In this document: one piece after another, positions 12,185 to 25,567 of the stretch
How positions within the stretch are numbered: position 1 is the first letter of the stretch
Layout of the letters: each line of letters starts with the position of its first letter
Assembly: GCF_964355755.1 (NCBI RefSeq)
Contig: NC_092675.1
Coordinates: 18,200,912-18,264,911 of the forward strand
Reading direction: 5' to 3'
DNA from: Antedon mediterranea
Lineage: Eukaryota; Animalia; Echinodermata
DNA length: 64,000 nucleotides
Notes under the pieces: model-generated
What the model was told of the DNA's origin: nothing
Databases searched by the model: none
Seen by the model: only the letters and a program-made list of their open reading frames with translations
Made by a program: the position numbers and the translations under genes

Positions 12185-12478
12185 TTATATCTTATTACTG
12201 TAATATTCTGGTTGACAGTTTGATTGACTGTGCCCGATACTTTGCTGGGTTTCAGGAAACATAAGATGTACTTGGCGAATAAAGGTCATTCCTATGATTA
12301 TGAAAAAAATGTAATTATTAGGCCTAACATGTCTTCGGTTTTCTAACATTTTGTTTTTCTTAGAATCATCGTTGCTAAGGACATTGACCAGAACAAAAGG
12401 AAGTTTTAGACACAATTCGTGTCTTCTGTGAACCCCTATGGGATCCGTTAAGTTGGTATTAATAAAAACCGATGGCAT
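12185..12478 (-). CDS. Possible MIF/D-dopachrome tautomerase-like ORF or relic
   Basis: N-terminus MPSVFINTNL resembles the Pro-1 beta-strand start of MIF (MPMFIVNTNV) and DDT (MPFLELDTNL). Similarity is not recognisable after about 35 aa. Confidence 0.3.
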   Translation of the reverse strand: MPSVFINTNLTDPIGVHRRHELCLKLPFVLVNVLSNDDSKKNKMLENRRHVRPNNYIFFIIIGMTFIRQVHLMFPETQQSIGHSQSNCQPEYYSNKI

Positions 12479-15400
12479 GTCATCGTGGTTTTAGTATTTA
12501 ACCAATGTTTTTTAATATCCCTACGGAAATTAAAAACAACCACCAACACTTTTAGGAATCATAAACATTAATGTTATTTGAATGAGGCGCGGTCATATGT
12601 CTAATGGGAATTATTGCGCGCGCATAATTGATAATTAAACCTTTAAATTGTTTTATTTTATAGGAAACTGTACTTTTTATATTTTAATCTTTATATGTCA
12701 ATCGAAAAAAGAAAAATACGACCGATCACAATCCATTTCGTAAAAGGAGGACAAATGTAAATTCGATTCAGCAAAAGTATTTACGGTTATATAGTTGTAG
12801 GCCTGATGATGAATATGACCACTCTTCTGAATTAAATAGTCTCAGATCTAGCCAGTGGTGGCTCGTGTTTGTAAAAGAGTACCGTACACAATAAATGTAA
12901 AAGTCAGTGTAATGATAATTTTGTAAATTCCGTTATAATTCGCTTGATGATTGTATTATTAAAATAATGAGCGATCATTATAAAGTAAAGTGGATGGTCA
13001 TGACAATGGTTTATCCGTCAGAATCGGTTAAATACGATGTTCTATACATACATACCACTATTAGCATTAATGATATTGTCGAATGCTATATGTTTTGTTA
13101 AGGTAAACGTGTGTATGTTAACTGTGCATTATATGACTAAGGAAAATCTCCTTTCCTTCTGTGTAAAATATGCTTGCTTGGGTTTTATCGTTTAACATAC
13201 GACAATGGCTAAGTGTCGGCTTTAGATGCGTGGTTTTCATCTTAATTATATAATAGATTTAAAATGCGGAAGAGTGAAAGCTTTTAAGCGTGTCATCATT
13301 CAAGTTGACATTAATTCATTTCACTTTTTCTATGGATGTGTATTTATTAAATTTATATAAAATGATTTCATTTGATATCACCTAAATTATGAGTGCAAGA
13401 TGGCGTTTTAACACGGAAGTAAAGTTTGCGTCTTTGAAACTTGATGCTTTACATGTTGTCCACAGTATGTCCACATAATATGTCTTTTTAACGTAGTGTA
13501 AATTATTTACCTATATTGTAAAAATTAATAACGTACTAATATTATGTGTTTTTGTAGTTTTTAAGAATAGTTTCATTACAATTTTGAAATAAAATGTTTC
13601 TTCATTTGGTGTTGAAATTAAAATTAAATAATTATGAATAGCTTTTCTTCATACATTTTCCTGATTGCCTTTTTTTTAATCTATGCTTTTATTTAAATCA
13701 ATTTAATTGTAACTGTACATTTACATCAACAACTGTAAGTTTTCCTTATATTCGGTTCAGAAATTAATTTCATTAGAATTAATGTTTATGGCAAAACATA
13801 TATCGCCCTCAACGATTAAAAACTTTTATTAGACCAAGGCCGTATCGGATTCTTCCATTTAGAAATCCGGTTGTTTAATGCTAAATATTAATTCCTCCAC
13901 CGTACTGCGATAATATCCGTTTAAACAGAATAATTTACAACATTTACGGTACTGATGCCTTCGTATGGCAAGAACAATACAGGCTACTTGAGGTTGAACC
14001 ATTCTGATGATCGGTGAAATCTTGAAAGAACACTAACAAACGCGATGCTATTAAAAAATATATTACTCACTTAATGCGACGTGACCAAACATTTGAGATA
14101 CCGAGTCACGTGCGTTTGTCACGCACCATGTTGACGCGTCTCGAAGCATTAAACCCTTTTGGATATTCACAAACTCTGGCACAAATTCAAATCTAAAAAT
14201 TGAAAACGATTTGATATTTTATTAAGCACGAACCTACCATGACGTAAGCTGCCTTGCGTTGCTGCTGATAATGGTAGGTGATTTTGCAGTTGAAAGTTTA
14301 GTTTATACTATAACAGGTAAAAGGTCAGCTACATCTTTCCTAATGAAGTCCAAAACAAACCCTCAGCGAATTTCACAGAAAAAATATAAACATTTATCTC
14401 TTGCAAACGTAAGCACATCTGTCAAACGTTTCAAATGTCAGTGTATACAGGTGTTGTCACTTTTTGACATGATATATACAGGCTGGGGCGATAGTATCAC
14501 GAGTTCGAAATTGGGGGAATACGGACTTTCACTTCGTCTTGAGGAAATTACTGCGTTGGCGTTGGTTTTGTTTAGACAGAACTAAGCGCTGTGTCCGAAA
14601 GGTGGACATTTTGAGGAATACGAGTAACCTTTAGGTTTAATTATAAAAAAACACATTGAACAAGACTTATTCTTAATAATTAATAAAAACGTAAGAAGAG
14701 GTAACTGATTAAAGGGATGAAAGGCGAATGCCAATACTCTACCGAAAGAATTAATGAAGCATACACTTCACTTAATTTATTATCAAATAAACAGTAACAT
14801 CCTTTAATAAAAAGAAGGCATGAAGTTACCTTAAACAATATACTGTATAGACTACGGTACTGTATTATCAGATTTGAACCGAATTCAATGCCATTTAAAG
14901 CTGACCACCAAACCACAGTGCCATCCATCGATAGCCAAAAGTAAAATAGCAAGCCTACATTAGAAAACATTAACTAACACATTTGGTAGAAAAACATACA
15001 ATAAATTAAAATTCAATATTATATTCACACCTATATCCAGTATTTTCTTCCTCTCATCCTCCTTTTTATCATTAAAATAATTATCGTACAACCATCACAT
15101 TGTCAGCGTTTCATGAGAATTGTCTTCCATCCTTTTTTACTTACATTTCTAAATAATGTACATAAAATAGTAATGATTAAAAATACTAAAATTAGAACAA
15201 ACATCAATTAGATCAAATTATAATCAAGAGAAACATGGCCATGAAAAAATGACATTTACATTAGAACGCAAAACGAAAACCAGATAGGCCTACAGATTGT
15301 CAAGTTCTATAATAGTATTTTTTATTGTATCGGATGTTGCAAAATATTATTTTGACCTATATTTTTTAAAGATTTTTCCTTCTAATGTAGTTTCATACGT

Positions 15401-15940
15401 CGTATTAAATTTCACAGTAAATGCAATTTATCTATTTCCAATAATGTCAATCAACATCAAGGCAGATGACATAAAATAAAAAGCGAATCACTGATTTCCA
15501 TAAATAAGACTTCAAAAACGTAGTGCGATTTAGAGCGCAAACTATTACACTTTTTAATGTAAACACGAGTGTAATATTATTAGATTTATATTTAGAAATA
15601 TTAACAATCTGTCTTGATAATATAATTTTGAAGTAATACACACAATTTCCGTTTAAAATTAGTTATGTTTTGAATCACCCGGTGCGCTGCGGAGTGATAT
15701 TGAAAACCAAAGTTAAGCACGTACGAGTTATGGTAATGGTGCTGTCCCAATCCCAATCAGACTATCAGTTGAGTTTGAGAGTTGACTGGGAAGTAACTCA
15801 TTCACAAAAAGTACCGCCCTCTGCAACATGCATGTGGGTTAAAAAGTTGTTTTCTTCGTGTTACTTTTGTTAGCATCTATAATTTTCTCATTTTATTGTA
15901 TTGGATTTATATTTCGATTGTTTATACGTAAGACTTTACA

Positions 15941-16204
15941 ATGGAGCAATTTAAGAACAAAGAAGAGGGTAAAGAAAGTTGCTGTTCGCAAGTTGAAAGA
16001 AAATTAGTGAAATGGATTTTTGCAGTATCCTTGCTGAGTATTGTCTCCGTTACAATGTGTGTCAGGCTTTTTACTTTGAACAGTGAACTGGACTCTAGGA
16101 TTGTTCAATTGGAACGCCGCGATCTTTCAGATTTTAAAAACGTTGTTGTTGATGAGTATATCAACAAATATTTGGAAGATAATTTGGAACAATTATTTTC
16201 AATG
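15941..16204 (+). CDS. Transmembrane collagen (MACIT, COL13/23/25-like), coding exon 1: cytosolic tail, TM helix, coiled coil
   Basis: MEQFK...WIFAVSLLSIVSVTMCV (hydrophobic helix), then ELDSRIVQLE coiled coil and INKYLEDNLEQLFSM; donor GTAAGA at 16205. Confidence 0.85.
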
Positions 16205-16664
16205 GTAAGAACTTTTGTCTACCGGGCAAATCGGGCCTTCTCCCTCAGTTCAGTGGCCTCACATAGTAGTGTAGGCCTAACTCTTTGGTATAGTCTTTAT
16301 TTGGCCTTGAGTCAATATAGTTGAACGTAAACAATCTTCATTGTTTTTAGTGCAGTAAAACAACAATCAAGTCACTCTCATTGATAGCCACTAGCCATGA
16401 TCTGTGATTTAAGTACAAGTCCCTAGTATATAACTGAGAACTACTTCCATGCATGTCAGCAGGCCTGATAACACACAGGGCTAGATTTAGAAGAAAAACA
16501 TTTATTATTGCACAGTATAGTATATGGAAAAATATTTTTAAGAATTTTAGTTTTTCTATCAGTTAAAACTCTGAGGAACTCGAACAAAATTATTTTTCAA
16601 TAAAAAATGTAGTGGCAACAAGAAGTATTCTTTGTTAAATAATAATATTTGTATTCTTTTAAAG

Positions 16665-16740
16665 CAAATCAAAAAACTTCCAGCCAATAGAAAGACAAGG
16701 AGCACAGATCTGGAAAATTGCCAATGCCGTGGTGAACCAG
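16665..16740 (+). CDS. Transmembrane collagen exon 2: furin site, CxC, start of Gly-X-Y
   Basis: TTTTAAAG acceptor; QIKKLPANRKTRSTDLENCQCRGEP(G) contains the RxxR furin motif RKTR and CQC; phase-1 donor GTATGA at 16741. Confidence 0.88.
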
Positions 16741-19700
16741 GTATGAAGTCTGTGTACACATTATTTTACCAGTACTCAGTATGTTCTATGGGGTTTGTCC
16801 AATTTTGGGAGAGGGATGTTGGGAGAAAAACCATTATTATGATAAATATAGCCTGGTGTCGTGATAGTTCTCTAAAAGTATGATTTTCAAAGCAACTCAT
16901 TTGAGCCATCCAACATGCATTCTGCGTGTCTGAAAGATCATAAGGAACTTTCTATTTGCGCATGGAAATATTGAGACGTATGTCATTAATACTCCTATAG
17001 TAAAGTATAAAATATGAGGAATTCAGTGACTGAATACTACCCACAGATACAGACTAAAAAGCAAACAGAACTTTTCATTTTTGACACCGAAACAGGTGCT
17101 ACATTTCGTCAGTATAATACTGTAAGCTAATATACTAATTCTAAACTAACTTACACAATTACAATTATAGTTAGCATTCACTGACAATTTTAAATTGAAA
17201 AGTTTTCTTTGATCAAGTGAAGTTTTGTTTGTATTTAATTGAATTATTAAATTTGGATAAAACAAAGATTTCATTAAAACTTCACTACAATAATGCCCTT
17301 GTTATTTTACTAATTACTAAGATAATTTGCTCTGAATAAAATTTAAATAAGTTTTAAATTAATTGATGCTAAAATTCCACAGTTCCATGCAGGTTGAGCT
17401 AAATAATTTAACTGTAAATACTGGTAATTCGGGCCCTAGCCACCAGTATGGTTAGTAAGATTTCAACCAGCTAACCACTTTCTCACAGTAGATTGTTCCC
17501 TTTTCTTGCGAAAACTGGACTACTTTATTTCTTGGCTATCATCACTGTACTGTATTCACATCACGTAACAATGGGTTATCAGATATCCAAATTCTTAACT
17601 GTAATGTACTGTAGGCCTATGCCTACATTACATAAAGAGTAAAAAAACAACAACGTATTGAATTGGAGAGCTATGCTTTTACTTATATCATTCCACAATG
17701 AGAACATATATTTTAATTGTGAATTGCCATGGATTCAAATTACTTTTCAATTGTAGCCTCAGGCTTGTTTTCAGACATGGCTGAGATTCTTTAACCCATT
17801 TTGATAATCAACTGAATATTGGTGTTACTTATTTAGGCATGCAAATATACAACTTTGTGTAATTGTCATATTTTTTTAAAAGTAATCTGAATGAAAAAAA
17901 CATAGTTATTATAAACTCAAACTATTAGTAATTGATTTAAACCTATATGCACAATTAAGTTTTTTAAAACTAAACATATTGAAACCACAAAAGAGAGGTA
18001 CAATACAATAATTAGTGCTTATTATTTATATTTTTGTATTTATTTAAGTGTGTAGAATCATGTGAGAGATTAGTCCAGTTGCTACACATTAATATAAACC
18101 TACCGTCAATCTAACATAAACAAATCATATACAGTACTTCATATTTGTCAATATCCTTTGGGATTTACAGTGAAGCTTGACTTACATACATGTATATTAA
18201 TATATCAAAGGTTATTCAAATTCCTCAGTTTAATAGTGTTGTTTTTTTTATCAATGTTGTATAACTATAATAGAAGTCATATTATTTAAAATAGGCTAAT
18301 ACATCACTATGAAGGCAAATTATAGGGCAATGTGGGTGACTCTGGGGTGGGAGAATGCTGTGGATAACAGTGGCTGCAGCTCAATTGAAATATAAAAAAT
18401 TATAAACAAAATCTTAATAAAAACATGAAAGTAAAGCGGAGGAGAATTTCAAGCTTTCAGAAAATACTTTTAGCAAGTTATCACCAAAAAGAGTGTCTCT
18501 CCATGTTTAAATTGAATACTACAAACAAAAGCAACGCCCTACCCTCACAGTTAAATCCATTTGAATTGTTTTACAAAAAGCTTGTTTGGTTAAAAGGTCT
18601 ATCAACAAATCACAGGATGTATGCATTGTGTTACTATTGTTTCTAATTTATCAGTCATATAAATGAAGTAGTCCAGGCAGTTTAACAGTTTCTTTATTCT
18701 TGATTGTTTAATTGACAATTTGTCAATCAAGATTTTAATGAAAATATCTACTGGTTACAGTAACAAATCTCCCACACAACAAAAATTTGAAAAATATCAA
18801 AACCATTGAAAAAAAAAAAAATGTAAATGAATAAAAACGAACACAATCTAAACAAAGCGATTCCTAATGGTTTGATATATTGTTGAACATGAACACAACT
18901 TAACAATTCATGTTTCAGCAGCAATGTGTTTCATTCGATTTATGTCCACTTTTTAATTTTATCTATATGTATCAAATATTTAATACACCACAAAAAACAC
19001 CCAAAATAATATAGTTTGCGCGCATCATCTAATTCACACAGCACAATTTTTCTTTAGCATCTTTTATGTTCGTCTTAGTTAAGACTTAATTAAGTCTGAA
19101 CAGTCAAAAAGTAAAGTCTAAAGTTCCATATCCAGTATTGCTTTTATTTTTTAGCTTACAGATATTTCAAAGTGAAGGGATAGTGTATAACAAAATCAAT
19201 GGCGGTAAAATAGTTACAAATCTATTCTTGATGCAATTTGTACTTTGATCAGAGTGTGCTTTTGTTATACTTGCCCATGCAAAGTATATAACCACATTTT
19301 AAGACAGAAAAAGACCGTGCGCAGCACAGGTTACTGCTAGTTATTATTATTACTGTATTAATTTTAATGTAAATTTTGACTATTTCAATTGCCAGTTTTA
19401 GTGTAGAATGTGAAGATGTTGCGAATTAGTATACTTATATCAATAATTGGCAAATGTCATTTTCAGACCATTACAGGGTGTACAGCAGAATCAAACAAAA
19501 TCTTTAGGCTCTATAGTTTATGAGTTAACTATTCCAGATGCCTAATTGAAACAAATGTTATACTTGCCAATTAATGATTGCTCTTGCAGAAAATAATTAA
19601 AAGAGCCTACTCGTCTACTAAATCATTTGAAATCTTCTTGTGATTAATTAAGTACAAGGATTTATGATTCTTGAATTATTACATTGTTAAATCATGTTTT

Positions 19701-19840
19701 CTAATAACATGAAGTTGAATATTTGAGTCTGTACTTTGATTCCTTTTTCATCAATCAAAGGGATGAGGACGTTTTGAAAGGATTTTTTTCATACTGTATT
19801 TTATTGAGTGTGCACCATGACAGTGATATGTATCAGTGAC

Positions 19841-20019
19841 CAGTGGCGTAATGCAGAGGCTTGAGGCCCTTGTTTACAAACCCATTCCGGAGGCATTGGG
19901 CATTTTTAGCCTTTTTCAAAATATTTTAAGGCCTCTTTTCCCCTCTGAACAACACTGCTCCCATAAGGTCTGGAGCCCTTGGGTTTAGCCAGTGAGCGCT
20001 TATAGCCGTTACGCCACAG
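19841..20019. mobile_element. Short hAT-like MITE; a decayed related copy lies at about 53277-53422
   Basis: Termini CAGTGGCGTAA / TTACGCCAC, with CAGTGAC repeated at both flanks. Shares CAGTGG..TAATGCAG..AGGCCC and GGTTTAGCCAGTGAG..ATAGCCGTTAC with the 53.3-kb copy. Confidence 0.65.
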
Positions 20020-21112
20020 TGACACCAAAATCTGGGACATAATAAAACAGTACTCAGACAGAGTAGTATTCAGACAGTATTCAATGAGCAGAGGTTTGCA
20101 ATAAAGTCAATTAAACTCTGACATCATAAACATTTAATTCATATTAAAGCCTAAAATGCAAAATAGATACGAAAAGGACCTTTTATTCTGCAAATTGCAT
20201 GGGATTATGAAGGATTTTCTGGGTTGCGACATGACAGTACGTAAAAGAGATGGTACGGCCTTCAAACGATTGCAATTAATTACGATTACTTGGCTAATCT
20301 CAATCTCCTAATGATGTTGAATTATGTTTTTCGTCTAGTTCACTACTGGCTTTGAGCCAGACTCTTTAAGCATCTTCGACTGTCGGCATTACTACAGAAA
20401 GTTCACTTGAACCTTTACACTTCCTTATTAGAATTATAACTACCGTTGATTCTTTTTAATCCTCCACCATAACTTCCGATTCTATTTATTATTTCCCAAT
20501 TTAAATAATACAGGGAAGTCAAATTGTTTATTTTCTACTAAATTATTTTTTTAATTGTTAATTTGTTTAAATTTACCATATAATTATAATTTATATTAAA
20601 TGTAAATTGAATGACACTACTTGGCAGATGACATTGTAGGTAACACTACAGAAACTAATTCCTTCATATACCCTCACCTTTTCTCTGACATTTGGACCTG
20701 AGCCTAAGAAGGTTACAGAATCAGGCTACTACAGTATTTACTACTGATATTGTATAAAGCATGAGCTATTTGAGCCATCTATTCAACTGTTTGAAAAATG
20801 ATGGGCTAAATGAGTAATGCATAACAATAACAGGTTAAATTACTTAAGACATGAAAAGGCAAAAGCACTTTGGTCGAAGAAGCTTGACAGATGGTGGACA
20901 GATGGGTGTAGTAAGGGGAAGAGTAATAGACACGCAGGTTTTTGGATATTAAATAATTAATAAATTAACAAAATGTGATTACTGAATTTTAAAGTTTTCA
21001 TCCAAATATTGTTGGTCTGTTTTTGAATGCAATTATTGCAACACGGGTCTAACATTACATGACTTTTATTTTCATGTTGTCGGTTTAAAAAGGAATTGTT
21101 TGACAACATTTA

Positions 21113-22009
21113 GGATCTGTTTCTGCTGAAAAAATCAAAATAATCGATTTTTTCCAGTCACCGCAAACCACAAAAATAATCGCGTTGCAATTGAAAATTG
21201 CTACGACTTTAATCGGTTATTCAGGTAATCGGTTTTTAAAATCACGTCATCATTCCCCCACAGCGCAGTTCAAGTTATGAAAGGCCGTTGAGAGTTGGTT
21301 TGTTTACATCCTATCGCTGCCTAAAACTCTCACATGTGGGATTAAAAATTACTCTTACGTAAAGCTATATTATTTGTAAAATAAACATCTAGGCCTACTA
21401 CCGTACCACATACAACAGAATAATGATGTTATATTAATAAGGACATGTCGGCGAAAAAAGTTCGTTTCGCCGTTCGTTGGTTCTACCTTCGGCCTGCTAG
21501 GCATATAGAGGCTATATATTTCTACCGAAACAAGTCAACAGACAACAGGCCTAAAAAATGACATGTAAAACATCGTTAGCCTGGACTGGTAGTATGTAAC
21601 GGGTGTACTTGTAACACAGAATCCTGGAGTCTCTCGGTATAATTCTCCCCCACAAAATAATAAAAATCAAATGTTTAACGTTTGATTGTTATTCGGTCTA
21701 CATCGCGATCGTGGTTTTGCTGATCGTCGTCGATATCGCGCAAATAAACAGCATGCTTTGTGACGTGAATAAGTTTGTCATACTCTAAGTGAGGTCAATA
21801 ATCGCTATTTGTGTTGCAGCTCAAAACTGCTCCGCAATAATCGGTTAAAACAAGAAATAATCGATTAAAACACGCAATGGATTGAGTGTTTTTAATCGGT
21901 TATTTTTATTCGGTTATTTTATTTTGCGCCGTTTCTGCTGCCCAAAAATAATCGATTAAAAAAATAAACGGTTAATAATTGATTATTTCTGCTCAGCAGA
22001 AACAGGCCC
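21113..22009. mobile_element. Non-autonomous PIF/Harbinger-like element (897 bp)
   Basis: TIRs GGATCTGTTTCTGCTGA / TCAGCAGAAACAGGCCC, TTA duplicated on both sides, many AATCG(A/G)TT subterminal repeats, and more CpG than the flanks. Confidence 0.85.
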
Positions 22010-22371
22010 TTAGATTCATAAAATAATTCTCAGAAAATGTTTATGATTTAATTCTCCTCCATTGTCATACATAAAAAATTACAATAAAATAATTATTATT
22101 TTATAGGGTAATAAATTTTATTGCGCTAAGTACTCATAAAATATTATTATCGTGGTTTGCCTATACCATGGAGAAATAAAGATTCTTCGTGCCTTATTTA
22201 TTGTTATGTTCTTAAAATACATTCTTGACAATGACAAAAATTAGTCTTGATGTTTCGAAAATGAAAACTAATATGTTCAAGTATCATTAGTGACAAGATA
22301 GTTTTTTTAAAGAAATATTCTAGTTTCTACAGTATGTAGCTCTTAATACAGAAACTGTGTTTAGGACCTTT

Positions 22372-22539
22372 AGCTCTGTGTACACTATCAAACTTGACAG
22401 TATGTGACAAAAATGTGATATGCCCATATATGGACATCATGTCATATCACTATTTAAGCATATCACTACCATATTTAAGCATATCACTACCATATTTGGG
22501 CACATCACATTTCTTTTGTCAAACTAGTTTGATAGTGTA
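22372..22539. mobile_element. Short MITE family with AGCTCTGTCTACACTATCAAACT-type TIR, copy 1
   Basis: Left end AGCTCTGTGTACACTATCAAACT, right end AGTTTGATAGTGTA; internal CATATCACTACCATATTT repeats. Same family at about 27895-27996 and 63578-63680. Confidence 0.8.
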
Positions 22540-25489
22540 ACTTTATACTGTATCATACAATATAAGCATGCTGTAGATTTCCTACATGATACAAGTATCT
22601 TTTTCTGATGTTAAACATAATGAACATGTTCTGAATTGAGAATTTTATAAAAGTGTTTTGATAAGCCCATACTGTATGTACTACTATCTGATGGCTTCAA
22701 GTAGGGATTAATTGTTACTGTGTCCCCTAAACACCAGATAATCCTGTCGTTGACACATTCAAGCCTTTAACTTTTCTGATAAGCTTTTAAGCCAATGTTT
22801 GTACATTTCTTTGCTAATTATAGTTTACCCTCCAAGGCTCCAAATTAGTGCCTAGTGGAAAAGGTGCCATTTTGCATTGAATTGAGTGGAATAATAAAAG
22901 GAACAATTTTAGGACATTTTTTTAGGAGAAAGTTTTCAATTGTTTAGGGTGTCCAAAGCAAGGTTCTAATTTATTTAATATAGTATGTTATTTTCTGTAC
23001 TTTAATGTGTAATTTTGATTTCTCAACCAACCAGTGTATCTGCACCTGAATATTTATAAAGGTTTCTCAGTAGCTGATTTGAATTCCATGTTTTTAAGAT
23101 CAAATTTTAAACTTGATCTTGTCTTCACTGAATATATGTTTGATAATGATATATGGATACTTAATTTATTTGTTACAATAATGATTACACGAGTGCAATG
23201 CACTGTAAAATCCAGAGTATAATAAAGTACTGAGTAATTTATATACTGTACATAACAAGCTAGACAAAAAATAAAAATCGTCTTTCATACAAATTATAAT
23301 AATTTACTGGTGTCATGATTTATATTTTAGATTTTAATGAAGTATTGGATATTTGCAGACTGTATTGATAGGATATACAATATACAGTATCTTGGTGATG
23401 ATGATTGTTAGACAAAGTCTGTATTCACAGACATAAGTCTGCTAAGTTAATATTTCTGATCTACAGCGTAATATAATGACGGTTAACTTTTTCTCAATGA
23501 TAAATAATAAAAATAATAAATATAATATGTTTTTAAAAATAAACTTCTTGCTCACAAAATATAAACAGAAATAAATAATTTAAGTTTGATATTTCCAATA
23601 TAATTTTAATAAATCATATTTATATTTCAAAACAGTAATCACACTGTAGGTATGTATTAAAACATTGAGAAAGTATGTATACAGGCCAATTCTGTTTCTT
23701 AAAACATTTTAAGCTTTTAGACTGTGCTTTTATACATTTGTATGTCTGAATGTGACCTGGGATTTTATGTACATTTTTAATTTTTTTTACAAATAAAAAA
23801 ATTATTTTACAGTGTACAGTATATATTTATGAAAGAAAAATATAAGAACATGGTATTTTATAATAACTCCCTTTCAAAGACTAATTAATGGTTGAGAAAG
23901 ATAAAAGTTAACTTGTAATAAGAAAGTAAACATAGCGATCATGTTTTGTGCGGAATTTTATGAATTGTCAGTAATTGCAACGTGTTTTATCCTCGGAGGC
24001 TTTGTAAATGCCTACCATTACTACTGTCAATTCAAATAATAGAGACAATCATTGAAATGTTCACCAGATATTTATGCCCTGCTTGGGAATGTCACATTCC
24101 TAGAAGTCTGTGCAAATAATATAAGATTCAAAATATGGTTTGAAAAATTATTATGAAGAATTATGAATCATATTTTGGGTGGGTGTTACTTGGTAAGTGA
24201 TTGGTCCTTTAAATAGAGTTGACTTTAAATATTGACTTAAGTAGAGTATATCTACTTTATATCTACTGTAGATTTTTTCCATTAAATTACACATTTAAAA
24301 ATACATTTTCATTTGATTATATTTTAAATATTTTTTTTAGATATGAATAATAATTGTTATAATAAACTGTAATTACTAGTACTTTATTACTGTACTCTTT
24401 CTACTTCATCATTATTATTATTATAACTTAAAATAATTTGCCAATTTGTCATTTGTGTTAAAAATAATATTTGTTTTGTAGGCGTGCTCGGCCCTTGTCG
24501 CCATTCTAAATGTGATATGTTAAATTTCATAAGTGGCTACTGGACTCCAGTAGGTTTGAAATTGACCTAATTAACGAGGTGGCCCTCAAGCTAATGTTGG
24601 GCTGGAGCCTGTTGGGAAGTGACCATTTAGCTTTATGTTTTTTGTCAAGAATACTTGTGGTCAACTGTTGCCACCCTGAAAAGCGATGTGTGTGGAGGTG
24701 GCTACTACCAAGCTTGAATTTCATATAATTTCCATGATTATTTTTCACTTGGGTCAATTCTCACATTAGGTCAAATATAGTTGTATCATCTTTTTAACTT
24801 AAAATCAGTTTGCTGTATAGAGATATTATACATATTATTGTATATAAAATAATAATTGATTAAAAAAAATTAATATAAAGAAATTGAAAACATTAATATC
24901 TGATAAAAGAAATTATTGAGCATGCTATCAATTTTTCCTAAAATGTTTGTATCCATCAACATTGATTTTGAAAGGATTTTCACAAGATAGGCAATAAAAT
25001 TCAGGCATGTTTCAGCACTTATACTCCCATGAGTCTCTGGTTCAATTAGAGCTCACTTTCAGTGGGAAAAGGCACTGGAAATTAGATCACTGAAGCGATT
25101 TGTAACACTTTGGCAATTAACATTTAATATGACAAACACTAGAAATTAATAAAATAGATCCTTAACACAGAAATTTCTATTATAAAAATGGAAAGTATAA
25201 TACATATTCAGAAGTCATAAAACAACATGTATTCCTTTCTCCCAAAGCTGTATGTGGCTGTTTCAAATATTGAATTTTGAAAAACAATATGTTCTAGAAC
25301 TAAAAATATGTTACTGTACGTTTGAATGATAATTTGAGTCTTATAGTTTTATACTTGTGCCAAATTCACTCATCAAGCTTGTTGAAATCAAAAATTGTGC
25401 ACAGTATTTGAATATTAGGCCTACAGTATACTGTATTACTGTATGAATGGATATTGCTAAACACCGCAATTTATGTGTCTATATCGTGC

Positions 25490-25567
25490 CTAGCTTACCT
25501 GTATAAACCGACAATAGCCCTCCCTCTGGAGAGCACGGGCTATTGTCGGTTTATACAGGTAAGCTAG
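25490..25567. repeat. Perfect 31-bp inverted repeat with 16-nt spacer (mini-MITE or hairpin)
   Basis: CTAGCTTACCTGTATAAACCGACAATAGCCC - TCCCTCTGGAGAGCAC - GGGCTATTGTCGGTTTATACAGGTAAGCTAG. Confidence 0.9.

Noticed and set aside
14085-14280. Collagen promoter or non-coding first exon (CACGTG E-box, TGACGTAA CRE-like site, GTAGGT donor)
   Set aside because: Plausible, but short motifs alone cannot support it without transcript data.
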